Origin: Candidatus Peribacteria bacterium
GTDB taxonomy: Bacteria; Patescibacteriota; Gracilibacteria; UBA1369; UBA12463
Reading direction: 5' to 3'
Assembly (NCBI GenBank): GCA_943349045.1
Contig: CALQZC010000001.1
Location: forward strand, 1-58,950
DNA: 58,950 nt
Shown here: one piece after another, positions 9,373 to 19,902 of the stretch
Position numbering within the stretch: the stretch's first letter is position 1
Layout of the letters: every line of letters starts with the position of its first letter
Program-made: the position numbers and the translations under genes
Notes under the pieces: model-generated
Database searches by the model: none
Told to the model about the DNA's origin: nothing
What the model saw: only the letters and a program-made list of their open reading frames with translations

Positions 9373-10029
9373 TCATCTTCCAAGTGCCGCTCGAATAGGA
9401 CCAGGCGTGGCTTTTTGATCAGAAAAGCGAAGAACATTTGTTGGTTCAAGCAGTTCGCTCTCACTCAGAACACCAGAAATAGTCGCATTATCCTTAGGAT
9501 CATACATAATTTGATTACCAGTCTCGCTATTATCAACTTTATACACAACATTAAAAACCGGACCAGCAGACTTACGTTTTCCCAAATCGTCACGTAAAAA
9601 ATAGGAAACCTCTAAATTATTAGCAGCATCAAGAAGACACTCAACCTGCCATCGATGATCACGTCCATCTTTGAGATCGCGATCGAGGACAGGATCACTC
9701 CTAATGTGACGCGCACTAACATCATATTTATGGGCATCCATATAACCCCAAATAAGATGAAGCGTATGATGAAAATCAGCCAGAACTTGATCATGCTGTG
9801 TCGACTCATCTGGACGATGCTTCTGAAGACTCCGAAGAAGAGCATCAATTGACGGCTTCTGGAGACCTCCCAAAATTTCTGGGTTGAGTCCGGCTACCGG
9901 CGCATCATAGCCATGCACCACCCCTCGCTGATGATGATCTCTCTGTAGATCACGAGCTTCATAAGCTCTTGGTGATATTACCCTTGGATCATTCCTATAA
10001 TCTCGCGATTGATGAGCATCAAGAGGCAT
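9373..10029 (-). CDS. hypothetical protein
   Basis: 218-aa ORF with no motif recognised. It lies between convergent yqeY-like and groEL genes and looks more AT-rich than its neighbours. Confidence 0.5.
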   Translation of the reverse strand: MPLDAHQSRDYRNDPRVISPRAYEARDLQRDHHQRGVVHGYDAPVAGLNPEILGGLQKPSIDALLRSLQKHRPDESTQHDQVLADFHHTLHLIWGYMDAHKYDVSARHIRSDPVLDRDLKDGRDHRWQVECLLDAANNLEVSYFLRDDLGKRKSAGPVFNVVYKVDNSETGNQIMYDPKDNATISGVLSESELLEPTNVLRFSDQKATPGPIRAALGR

Positions 10030-10108
10030 AAGAACAAGAGTAAATGATTAGGAGCAGCTGCATTAAAAACCTTTACATCAGCATGGTCAATTTTTTCCAA
10101 CATTCCAT

Positions 10109-10133
10109 TCAAAAAGGAGCCATTTATGGCTCC
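10109..10133 (-). terminator. intrinsic terminator of groES-groEL
   Basis: GGAGCCA-ttta-TGGCTCC hairpin (10116..10133), followed on the minus strand by TTTTT (10111..10115). It lies 42 nt after the groEL stop. Confidence 0.75.
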
Positions 10134-10174
10134 CTGTTGAGAAAAAAAATGTGTAGAGAAGTATCGAACGGTTA

Positions 10175-11833
<1,659 letters not shown>

Positions 11834-11865
11834 TTAAATAGTGAAAATAAAATACAACACAGAAA

Positions 11866-12168
11866 TTATCCGATGATCGCCAAAACATCACCCTGATTAA
11901 GGATGAGCAACTCCTGCCCCTCAATCTTCACCTCACTCGGACCGTACTTGGAAAAGAGAATCTTGTCCCCTACTTTCACGTCCATCGCAAGCCGTGTACC
12001 AGCATCGGTCATCTTTCCAGGTCCAACCGCCACCACTTCACCCATCTGTGGCCGCTCCTTCGACGCCGTCGACGGAATATAAATTCCCGAACTCGTCTGC
12101 GTCTCCTGCTCCTCCGCCTTTACCACAATATGATCATCGGTCGGATTAAGTTTGATATGTCCTGACAT
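11866..12168 (-). CDS. groS: co-chaperonin GroES
   Basis: 100 aa, lying directly upstream of groEL. Typical GroES sequence: [15 protein letters not shown]...[10 protein letters not shown]. Confidence 0.95.
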   Translation of the reverse strand: MSGHIKLNPTDDHIVVKAEEQETQTSSGIYIPSTASKERPQMGEVVAVGPGKMTDAGTRLAMDVKVGDKILFSKYGPSEVKIEGQELLILNQGDVLAIIG

Positions 12169-12187
12169 AGGTATGAAAATTAAAGAA

Positions 12188-12214
12188 TTAGCACTGGGTA
12201 TTGTAGAGTGCTAA
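12188..12214 (-). promoter_or_regulatory. CIRCE operator (HrcA site) of groES-groEL
   Basis: TTAGCACTG-N9-GAGTGCTAA, one mismatch to TTAGCACTC-N9-GAGTGCTAA. An hrcA gene is present in the window. Confidence 0.9.
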
Positions 12215-12228
12215 CCGTAGACGATCAA
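12200..12228 (-). promoter_or_regulatory. groES promoter overlapping CIRCE
   Basis: On the minus strand: TTGATC (12228..12223), 17-bp spacer, TACAAT (12205..12200). The -10 lies in the CIRCE spacer. Confidence 0.65.
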
Positions 12229-12263
12229 GAGAAAAACACGAGCTACCGAAAGTTATATATCAT

Positions 12264-12317
12264 AAAAATCCCAGCTTCAAATTCCTCCGCGCGAAGGAAT
12301 CCAGCTTTATTTTTCAC
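12264..12317. repeat. copy A of a ~50-nt hairpin-containing repeat
   Basis: AAAATCCCAGCTTCAA-[ATTCCTCCGCGCGAAGGAAT hairpin]-..GCTTTATTTTTCAC. The outer segments are identical to copy B at 14124..14173. Confidence 0.7.
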
Positions 12318-12339
12318 ACAGACACTTTTTCAATTTGAT

Positions 12340-13050
12340 TTACATATACCGCTGCAACGTGTGAATCAGGTCCGCGTTTCGTTCAGCGACAGGCTTTTGA
12401 GTTTCGCTGCCATGGAGCCACTGGATGTAGCCGCGATCGGTACCGCGAACTTCATCGAAGGTTTTTCCTTTGTATTTTCCGAAGGTGAACACACTCAAAG
12501 ACACGGGTTCGTAGGTAAGCTCGAGCATTTTGGCGACGATATCATCGTCGGTCTCGCAACCAAATTTTTCACGAATAATACCAGCCAGGTGCATGAACAG
12601 TGCCTCGAGCACGAGAACATCACCAATCGCATCATGGGCTCGGGCCTCACGCGTGACGAGGCCAAGTGAGTATCGCAGGTACTGCAAACTATGGGAGTCG
12701 CTCGTCAGAAGATGTTTGGCAACTCGCAAGGTGTCGATAGAGGTACTGATCTCGATACCTTCATTTCGTAAAATACCAACATCGAATGAAGCATTGTGGG
12801 CCACGCAAATCGTATCGGCAAGCATGCTAATCAATTTTTCCTGATGCTCGCTACCGGCGAAGACCGGCTTATCGGCAACCATCTCATTCGTAATGTGATG
12901 AACCGCCATCGCCCCGTAGGAAATCACGACGGGCGGTTTGAAAAACTCATTCACCTCTTCTCCGGTCAGCGCGTTTTTATAGGCGAGCTGGATGAGGCGC
13001 GCATCGCGATCAATACCGGTTGTTTCTGTGTCGAGGAAAAGCGTTCGCAT
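12340..13050 (-). CDS. DEDDh 3-prime-5-prime exonuclease (DnaQ/ExoX-like) with DUF3820-like C-terminal domain
   Basis: Exo motifs FLDTETTG, HNASFD and HDAIGD. The C-terminal FGKYKGKTFDEVRGTDRGYIQWL resembles the ExoX C-terminal/DUF3820 motif. Confidence 0.8.
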   Translation of the reverse strand: MRTLFLDTETTGIDRDARLIQLAYKNALTGEEVNEFFKPPVVISYGAMAVHHITNEMVADKPVFAGSEHQEKLISMLADTICVAHNASFDVGILRNEGIEISTSIDTLRVAKHLLTSDSHSLQYLRYSLGLVTREARAHDAIGDVLVLEALFMHLAGIIREKFGCETDDDIVAKMLELTYEPVSLSVFTFGKYKGKTFDEVRGTDRGYIQWLHGSETQKPVAERNADLIHTLQRYM

Positions 13051-13138
13051 ACGTGGAGTTTACGGCAAATAAGATACAGTACGCAATACATACCATGAAC
13101 TTCTCAGTGGAATAGAAGCATCGATAATAAGTTTTGTT

Positions 13139-13993
13139 TTATTGACCATCACGAATCTCACGAAGGGTTTTAGCAATAGTGCCACTCTTCAGATAATTTT
13201 CTTTCGAAATCACGCTCCGCCCCAACTCCTTCTCGGTCAATTCTCTCGCTCCACCAGCCACTCCTCCTCCACGCTTCGCAACTTTCTTATGCTCAATCAT
13301 TTCTTTTGGCTTTTCCTGCTGCGAAATTTCTGTCGTCACTTTCTCTCCAAGCATGGTAAAAATCAGCTCCAAATCGGTCATATTATCCCGTAAATTCGCC
13401 CCGGACCTATCTGGTATATTTTTATGCTTTCTATACTCGCTCGGCGTCATGCCAAATGTCGCCTTCGAAATCTCCGCTGTCAGAATAGCAAAATCTCGCC
13501 CATGCTCCACGCCACGCTCTCTCCATTCATCCGTGAGATCCTGCCGTATCGCCATACCCCGCAACCGCTTATCAATCCAATCCTTCGGATATCCCTTCTT
13601 CTCATACAGCGCCTTCATCCGCTCCTGCGCCAACTCCGGATTCTCGATCTCATCCAGCCTCTCCTTCCCAACCTCAGCCAGCCACATCTTGAAGGGCTCG
13701 GCCTTCTTGCTGGGAATCGACTGGATCAAACGAAATGCATTCTTGGTATTTACACAGTCCGTAAGCCTTTCCTTGCCATCAGGAGCCACAAGTTTGAACT
13801 GTACCCAAATTGGGGACAGTTGAAGTTCAATAAATTCCCTCTCCTTAACCTTCCCCCAATACTGCCTCGGCGTCGGACTCTCCGTAAGCGCCTCAATGAT
13901 ATCCACCACCGAATAAAACCACTCCTCCTCATGCCAAATCCGCCGAATCTTTTTCGATTCGAAAAGTACAAGCCTGTTTTCTTGATTATTCAT
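13139..13993 (-). CDS. Bro-N / DinD-like (phage antirepressor-type) DNA-binding protein
   Basis: The N-terminus (LVLFESKKIRRIWHEEEWFYSVVDIIEAL) resembles a Bro-N domain. The C-terminal half (DFAILTAEISKATFG...NMTDLELIFTMLGE) resembles the DinD/RhuM-type C-terminal region. Confidence 0.6.
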   Translation of the reverse strand: MNNQENRLVLFESKKIRRIWHEEEWFYSVVDIIEALTESPTPRQYWGKVKEREFIELQLSPIWVQFKLVAPDGKERLTDCVNTKNAFRLIQSIPSKKAEPFKMWLAEVGKERLDEIENPELAQERMKALYEKKGYPKDWIDKRLRGMAIRQDLTDEWRERGVEHGRDFAILTAEISKATFGMTPSEYRKHKNIPDRSGANLRDNMTDLELIFTMLGEKVTTEISQQEKPKEMIEHKKVAKRGGGVAGGARELTEKELGRSVISKENYLKSGTIAKTLREIRDGQ

Positions 13994-14020
13994 ACTATAA
14001 TCTTAAAAAGTATTGGTCGA

Positions 14021-14049
14021 ATTATAGGTGAGCAAATACTCACCGTCAA
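14021..14049 (-). promoter_or_regulatory. promoter with embedded inverted-repeat operator (cassette copy 1)
   Basis: The minus strand reads TTGACG-GTGAGTATTTGCTCACC-TATAAT, with a 17-bp spacer containing GGTGAG-N6-CTCACC. It lies 27 nt upstream of the ATG at 13993. Confidence 0.65.
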
Positions 14050-14123
14050 GACGGCAGTAAAAAAATCGTGTTGCCCGAAGAGAATATTTACTTTGAAATA
14101 TTTTTTCAAAAAACGGACATACC

Positions 14124-14173
14124 AAAATCCAGCTTCAACTTCCTTCATATGAAAGTTCGGCTTTATTTTTCAC
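14124..14173. repeat. copy B of the ~50-nt hairpin-containing repeat
   Basis: AAAATCCAGCTTCAA-[AACTTCCTTCATATGAAAGTT hairpin]-..GCTTTATTTTTCAC. It overlaps the stop codon (14163..14165) of the membrane-protein gene. Confidence 0.7.
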
Positions 14174-14978
14174 TTTCACCGTAAAATCGAGCGGATTCAA
14201 TCATCGTGTCAAAAATAGCTGCGTCAGATTGAAAATGATCTTTGTCAGATTCTAACAGCAATTGAACATGTTGGCGATTATCATATTCGCCAGTTGCCAC
14301 TATTGCCGTCCTATTGTGGTATATACGTGCTACTGTCCTACTGTCACCGTAGTGGATGATGCTATCGTATATAAGCCAATCTTTACCGTGTATTTTTTTA
14401 ATTTGCTCATGTATTTTTTCAAATTTTATTATGAGAGGTTCTTGTTTAAGCGCCTGTTCCGTAAAAAACTTTGAGGTATACGTTTTTAGATCAATATTTT
14501 CCTCATCCTCCCAGTAAAAAAAACTCGCCGTTATTCCTCTCTCTTTATCAGGCGACTCAAAGAGTGTCTCATACTCATCATAGTACTCCTCCACTGTCCA
14601 ATTATTTGGATAGGTGAGAGCACTGAATACTGTTTTGGGATTTTTGTATACTTGATAGCCCTGTGGAACTCGATAACCCTCCTCTACATTTGTTTTAGAA
14701 TATATATTTCCACCAAAAAAACCAGCTAAGGCCATAGCCAGCGCCATAGCTATGATGAAGCTTATTATAACTCCGCCAACACAATACAAAACCGAATAAA
14801 CTATCTTTTTATTTTTTGAATAGTTGCTGTTTTCAATGGTCTTTTTCAAACCATAACAAATGATAGCGCTTCCTATCACGCCTGCGATACCAACCAGCTT
14901 CCAGCCAAACGCCACAAGAGAAATGGATAAGTACGAATAAAAATTCTTTTTTATTTCCGTTAAAATAAGGCTCTTCAT
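14163..14978 (-). CDS. membrane protein with two TM helices and an extracytoplasmic domain, function unknown
   Basis: AT-rich ORF. I chose the start MKSLILTEI at 14978 so that it does not overlap rny (track start 15041). It has hydrophobic helices followed by a soluble domain of about 170 aa. Confidence 0.6.
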   Translation of the reverse strand: MKSLILTEIKKNFYSYLSISLVAFGWKLVGIAGVIGSAIICYGLKKTIENSNYSKNKKIVYSVLYCVGGVIISFIIAMALAMALAGFFGGNIYSKTNVEEGYRVPQGYQVYKNPKTVFSALTYPNNWTVEEYYDEYETLFESPDKERGITASFFYWEDEENIDLKTYTSKFFTEQALKQEPLIIKFEKIHEQIKKIHGKDWLIYDSIIHYGDSRTVARIYHNRTAIVATGEYDNRQHVQLLLESDKDHFQSDAAIFDTMIESARFYGESEK

Positions 14979-15009
14979 AATAAGAAATAAGCTTCTAGAA
15001 AACACAGGA

Positions 15010-16536
15010 CTAATCCGCCGTGGCGTCCTTTCGGATTTCACGAATAACGTTTACTTTAATAGGGTTTGGATGCTGGAAGTCGCGCTCGATCTTTCGGGCT
15101 ACATCATGAGTAAGACGCTTGCTCGCAAGGTCATCCAACTCATCAGCATTAACGAAGATTCGAACTTCATTACCTGTCTGCACCGCGTAGGCTTTCTTCA
15201 CCCCACCAAATGACATACAGAGATTTTCAAGTTCCTGCATACGTCGGATAAAGGTATCGAGATTTTCTTTGGTTGCACCTGGGCGACCGTTGGCGATCAA
15301 ATTTGCCGCCTCCACAAGCATCGCCTCGACCGTCCGTGGCTCAACATCGCCGTCATGTGCCTCGATCGCATGAACAATATCCGGAGTAAGACCGAACTTC
15401 TTCGCGATCTCGGCCCCAATCTTCACGTGATTTCCCTGGATTTCATGGTCCACCGCCTTACCAATGTCATGGAGCAAGCCAGCTTTTTTACAGACGTTGA
15501 CGTCGGCCCCGAGTTCTCCCGCAAGAGCACCAGCGATAAAAGCCACCTCCATCGAGTGTTTGAGAACGTTCTGTCCATAACTCAAACGGAACTTCAGACG
15601 TCCAAGCAACTTCACGAGATTTGGGTGAAGTCCGGTGACACCACACTCGTAGACCGCCTTTTCACCAAGTTCTTTAATGATATTGTTGATTTCCTCTTTA
15701 ACCTTCTCATAGGTCTCTTCAATGCGGGCTGGGTGAATTCGACCATCAACGATCAAACGCTCAAGCGTCATCTTCGCAATATATCGACGAATCATATCAA
15801 AACCAGAGATGACAATTGAGCCCGGCGTATCATCCACGATGACATCGATACCGGTAATCTGTTCAAATGTATTGATGTTTCGTCCTTCACGTCCGATGAT
15901 ACGACCCTTCAAATCGTCGCTCGGCAAATTCACAATTGTCGTCGTCGACTCAGCCGTCACATCAGCCGCCACACGCTGGATCGCATCCGCGATGAGGTAT
16001 CGAGCTTTTTCTTTAGCGCTTTCTTTTAACTCCTTTTCAGCCTTCACGATCTGGGCCAAAAGATCCTCTTTCGCCTCCTCCTCCACCTGCTTCAAAAGCG
16101 TCTCGCGAGCCTGCTCAGGAGTGAGCCCCGCAATTTTCTGAAGCTGCGCCGCCTGCGCGTTATACATTTTTTCAACCTCCTCTCGAAGTGACTTCACTGA
16201 CTGAGCCTTCTGCTCGAGGTCAGCCTTCATCTTTTCTGAGTCATCGAGTCGCTTGTCGAGGGTCTCTTCCTTTTTTGTCAGACGCTCCTCCATCTTTTCA
16301 AGCTGCTCATGCTTCTGTCGCTCCTCTCGCTTGACCTCCTCCTGCATGCGAAGCGAATCATTTTTCGCGTCCATGACGATCTCCTTTGCTTTCATGGAGG
16401 CATCATCTACGGCTCGTTGCGCCTGGTCGAGGGCCTCTCGATCATGCTTGCTGAGAAAAACTTTTCGTACGGCGTAGCCCGCAGCGGCTCCGACGGCGAG
16501 TCCAATGAGGACCAATAACAGTGATAATGCATCCAT
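15010..16536 (-). CDS. rny: ribonuclease Y
   Basis: N-terminal TM helix, charged coiled-coil, KH region (GRIIGREGRNI) and HD domain (LLHDIGKA). Confidence 0.93.
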   Translation of the reverse strand: MDALSLLLVLIGLAVGAAAGYAVRKVFLSKHDREALDQAQRAVDDASMKAKEIVMDAKNDSLRMQEEVKREERQKHEQLEKMEERLTKKEETLDKRLDDSEKMKADLEQKAQSVKSLREEVEKMYNAQAAQLQKIAGLTPEQARETLLKQVEEEAKEDLLAQIVKAEKELKESAKEKARYLIADAIQRVAADVTAESTTTIVNLPSDDLKGRIIGREGRNINTFEQITGIDVIVDDTPGSIVISGFDMIRRYIAKMTLERLIVDGRIHPARIEETYEKVKEEINNIIKELGEKAVYECGVTGLHPNLVKLLGRLKFRLSYGQNVLKHSMEVAFIAGALAGELGADVNVCKKAGLLHDIGKAVDHEIQGNHVKIGAEIAKKFGLTPDIVHAIEAHDGDVEPRTVEAMLVEAANLIANGRPGATKENLDTFIRRMQELENLCMSFGGVKKAYAVQTGNEVRIFVNADELDDLASKRLTHDVARKIERDFQHPNPIKVNVIREIRKDATAD

Positions 16537-16871
16537 AATAATTCAGAACGTTAGATCATATAATCTTCGTTCACCAAAACCTCCTGTATGGACGCACAAC
16601 CCTATAGATGGAGCTCGCCAAAGCTACATTTCTTCGAAACCATCAAAATATGTGAAGCTAATTGATGAATAGGTGTCATGAATTCAGAACGGATAGAGGT
16701 AAGACGGTGAAACAGGACAAAAATAGCAAAATTTCTCGAATGCGTCAATGAAGTGGTCTTCTCAGCTTCACAATTAAACAATTTTTTAGAAATTTTTCAA
16801 CAAAATGTTAGAGATCGGTAATGTCGAGGGGGTAGGGTGTGGATTATCAATACTTTATAACACCCGTATCT

Positions 16872-18824
16872 ATGAAGCACCCACATCGCCTTATCGTCAG
16901 TACCATAGCCACGCTGAGCCTCCACCTTACGGCGCTCGCCGCGCCCCTCATTCCATGTGAACTTCCCTCGTTCACCATGCAAATTTCGAAATTCAGCTTC
17001 AATAACGCCACCGATTTCCTCGAACTCACCGTCATCGACGATGGAAACAGTGGAAAAGGTATACATCTGACCAATTGGAAGGTCACCACGATCGACACCA
17101 CCCTCACAACCCTGAATCAACAGGTCACAACCGGACAAAAAATTCATCTCCCGGAAATCGGAAATCTCACGGCCACAACCGACCAGCTCGCTCTGATCGA
17201 CGACCAGGGCCAGATCCACGACGCCGTCTGCTGGGTAAATTCGAAACCAACCACCCAGGAACAACAGGACTTCACGAAGCTCGCCACCAGCTGGACTGGC
17301 GACCTCTCCACCTGCCTTTCAAGCACCACCTTGGAAAAAAACACGATCTTTGAACGAGCGAGCACCGTCGACACCGACTCTCGGGCAGACTGGAAAATCA
17401 GCGAACCGCAAACACAGGCACAAGCGCAGATACAAACTCCACAGCCAACAGCACCCGTACTCACACCAACAAGCCATGACCCCATCGCCACCAACGAACT
17501 CACCCTCAGCGAGCTTCTCCCCGACCCGGAAGGAAATGACGAAAACAACGAGTGGATCGAACTTCACAACACGAGCGACCACACGGTCCGACTCACGGGC
17601 TGGCAGCTCGACGACGCGGAAGGCGGGAGCAAACCGTTTACCTTCACCACGCAGACTATCGGACCAGAAAGTTTTCTTCTCCTGAAAAACTCGACCACCA
17701 ATATCACCCTCAACAACTCGCAGGATAGCGTCCGCCTCCTGAATCCAGAAAAAAAGATCATCTCCGAGTTCACCTACGAAAAAACCGAGTCCAATCAGAG
17801 TTGGGCCATCACCAAGTCCAACATCTGGAAACTGACAACTCGATCGACTCCTGAGGAAGAAAATATATTTACAGAAGAGGTCTCGGAAAAATCGGAAAAA
17901 GATGAGGAACCCACAAAACCAAAGATACCGACAGAGTTAACCGAACCCGCCACGGTAGAAATATCCGAGCTCCTTCCAAATCCAGCCGGCGCCGACACCG
18001 GAAAAGAGTGGATCGAAATTCACAATAAGACCAGCGAACCAATCTCGCTCGCAAACTGGAAGATACAGAATAAAGAGGGAAAAGTATTCACACTTCCCAC
18101 ATCGGCGTCTATCCCGGGAAACGGCTATCTGATTCTCACCGACGAGACGACAAAGATCAGAATGAAAAACAGTGACGACGAAATTCAGCTCATCGATGCA
18201 GAACATATGATTCAGGATCAGGTCGAGTTTGAAGAAGCACCGGAAAACACCTCATTCGCCGAAATCGAGACTATCCCGGTAATACATACAAAACCAACAG
18301 AAAACTCTGCCACCACCTTTCTTCAAAAATTCATCGGAGTCGCACATGCGCAGACACATGCGGATATACCGGAAGAAACCTCATGGGAATGGACTCGAAA
18401 CATCACCCAGGGGAAACCAAATCCCAAGCACTACACGATCGAGGGAAATATCACACAGAGCCTGAACGACGCTCAGATATTTACCATCACAGCGCAAAAC
18501 AAAGAGTTCTCGATTCGCATTCCAGAAGAGATGCTGACGCCCGGACTCGCAAAAAATATATTTCAGGCAGGTGAGCTCATGAAAGTCACAGCACAAAAAA
18601 ACGGCGAGTCATACATTCTGGAATCATACGCGACAGACGAGAAAAGCATGGCAATGGCAAAACCTAAAGAGAAAGAGTCATCCCCTCTCATACTGATACT
18701 CGTACTTATCGCCGCTACAGGCGGTGCCGTCTATTACAAATTTATACGTCGTGATTATCGAGCTTCTTCAAAATTGGACGATATTCTTCTTCATAAATCT
18801 CCACCAGAGCCACAACTAAGGTGA
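16872..18824 (+). CDS. secreted/membrane-anchored protein with three lamin-tail-domain (LTD) repeats
   Basis: Signal peptide MKHPHRLIVSTIATLSLHLTALA. LTD signatures LSELLPDPEGNDENNEWIELHN...GWQLDD and ISELLPNPAGADTGKEWIEIHN...NWKIQN, plus a degenerate first copy. There is a C-terminal TM helix. The track start at 16839 is GTG. Confidence 0.75.
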   Translation: MKHPHRLIVSTIATLSLHLTALAAPLIPCELPSFTMQISKFSFNNATDFLELTVIDDGNSGKGIHLTNWKVTTIDTTLTTLNQQVTTGQKIHLPEIGNLTATTDQLALIDDQGQIHDAVCWVNSKPTTQEQQDFTKLATSWTGDLSTCLSSTTLEKNTIFERASTVDTDSRADWKISEPQTQAQAQIQTPQPTAPVLTPTSHDPIATNELTLSELLPDPEGNDENNEWIELHNTSDHTVRLTGWQLDDAEGGSKPFTFTTQTIGPESFLLLKNSTTNITLNNSQDSVRLLNPEKKIISEFTYEKTESNQSWAITKSNIWKLTTRSTPEEENIFTEEVSEKSEKDEEPTKPKIPTELTEPATVEISELLPNPAGADTGKEWIEIHNKTSEPISLANWKIQNKEGKVFTLPTSASIPGNGYLILTDETTKIRMKNSDDEIQLIDAEHMIQDQVEFEEAPENTSFAEIETIPVIHTKPTENSATTFLQKFIGVAHAQTHADIPEETSWEWTRNITQGKPNPKHYTIEGNITQSLNDAQIFTITAQNKEFSIRIPEEMLTPGLAKNIFQAGELMKVTAQKNGESYILESYATDEKSMAMAKPKEKESSPLILILVLIAATGGAVYYKFIRRDYRASSKLDDILLHKSPPEPQLR

Positions 18825-19884
18825 GAATAAGTGGTCCAAAAATAATGCCGGAGAAGCCCCAGACGATGACGCCGCCAAGAACACAGAGAAAAGTCAGTAA
18901 TGAATTCGCTTTCGTCTTGGTTCCAATAAAATACGGTCGAACAAAGTTGTCGAGAAGTCCAACAATAATAGATCCCCAGAGAAGAAGAAAAATCCCCTGT
19001 CCTATATTCCCCTGAGCGAGAAGAATAATTGCCGCAGGAACCCAGACGAGAGCCGTTCCAATGAAAGGAATGAGCGCAAAAAATGCCATAATGGTTCCCC
19101 AAAGAATTGGCTGACCCACGCCTGCAATCGCGAAACCGACACCTCCGACAAATCCTTGAAGAATCGCCGTCATAAAGGTTCCATAAATCGTAGCACGCAT
19201 CATCAACTTAACGTGGTGAAGCAAACGCTTCTCGTAAACATTCGGGAGAGGGCTGAGGGCCATAATCTTATCAGAAATCATCTCACCATCTTTGAAAAAG
19301 TAGAAGAGTGTGACACCGAGAATCAAGAAGCCCATAAAAAAACCGGCGATACCCGAGAGGAAATTCTGAGTCTGAGAAAGAAGAAATGAACTCACCTGTT
19401 GGGCAACCGAGGTAATCTGACCTGTAAGATCAACGTCCTGCAAGTTCAGACCTGGGAGATAGCGCTGATAGATATCATAGAAAAATCCACCACTCCTCCA
19501 TTGGAGAACTGGGTCAAGAAATCCAGAATTAATCTTCATCTGTATAGCGACATACGCATTCACCGCCTCACTCGCGAGCATGAAAAAAAGAATAATAATC
19601 GGAATGATAATCACCAGCGTCACAAGCGCACAGCAGATGACTGAAGCCAAAGAACGGCTCTTCATAGAGCGCTGAACGCGGGTATAGACTGGATGAAAAA
19701 CAGTGGCAAGTACACCAGCATAAATAATAACCGTAAAGAACGGCGTGAGTACTTGGAATAAGAGATAAAAAGAAAAGAGGAGGCAGGCAATGAGAAAAAA
19801 GGCAGGAACGTGATGGAGCTTAAGAACTCTTTCATCAATATCAGGAGCCATACCGGTATACTTTTTTTCTTTCGCCATAAACAA
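18742..19884 (-). CDS. AI-2E family (PerM/UPF0118) transporter
   Basis: 380-aa polytopic membrane protein. The LLDNFVRPYFIG motif is typical of the family. Confidence 0.8.
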   Translation of the reverse strand: MFMAKEKKYTGMAPDIDERVLKLHHVPAFFLIACLLFSFYLLFQVLTPFFTVIIYAGVLATVFHPVYTRVQRSMKSRSLASVICCALVTLVIIIPIIILFFMLASEAVNAYVAIQMKINSGFLDPVLQWRSGGFFYDIYQRYLPGLNLQDVDLTGQITSVAQQVSSFLLSQTQNFLSGIAGFFMGFLILGVTLFYFFKDGEMISDKIMALSPLPNVYEKRLLHHVKLMMRATIYGTFMTAILQGFVGGVGFAIAGVGQPILWGTIMAFFALIPFIGTALVWVPAAIILLAQGNIGQGIFLLLWGSIIVGLLDNFVRPYFIGTKTKANSLLTFLCVLGGVIVWGFSGIIFGPLILTLVVALVEIYEEEYRPILKKLDNHDV

Positions 19885-19902
19885 GAGTTACAAAAATGAT
19901 AA

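Noticed and set aside
12208-12669. 153-aa plus-strand ORF starting inside the groES control region
   Set aside because: It begins within the CIRCE element, runs through repeat copy A, and is antisense to the exonuclease gene. It has no motif.
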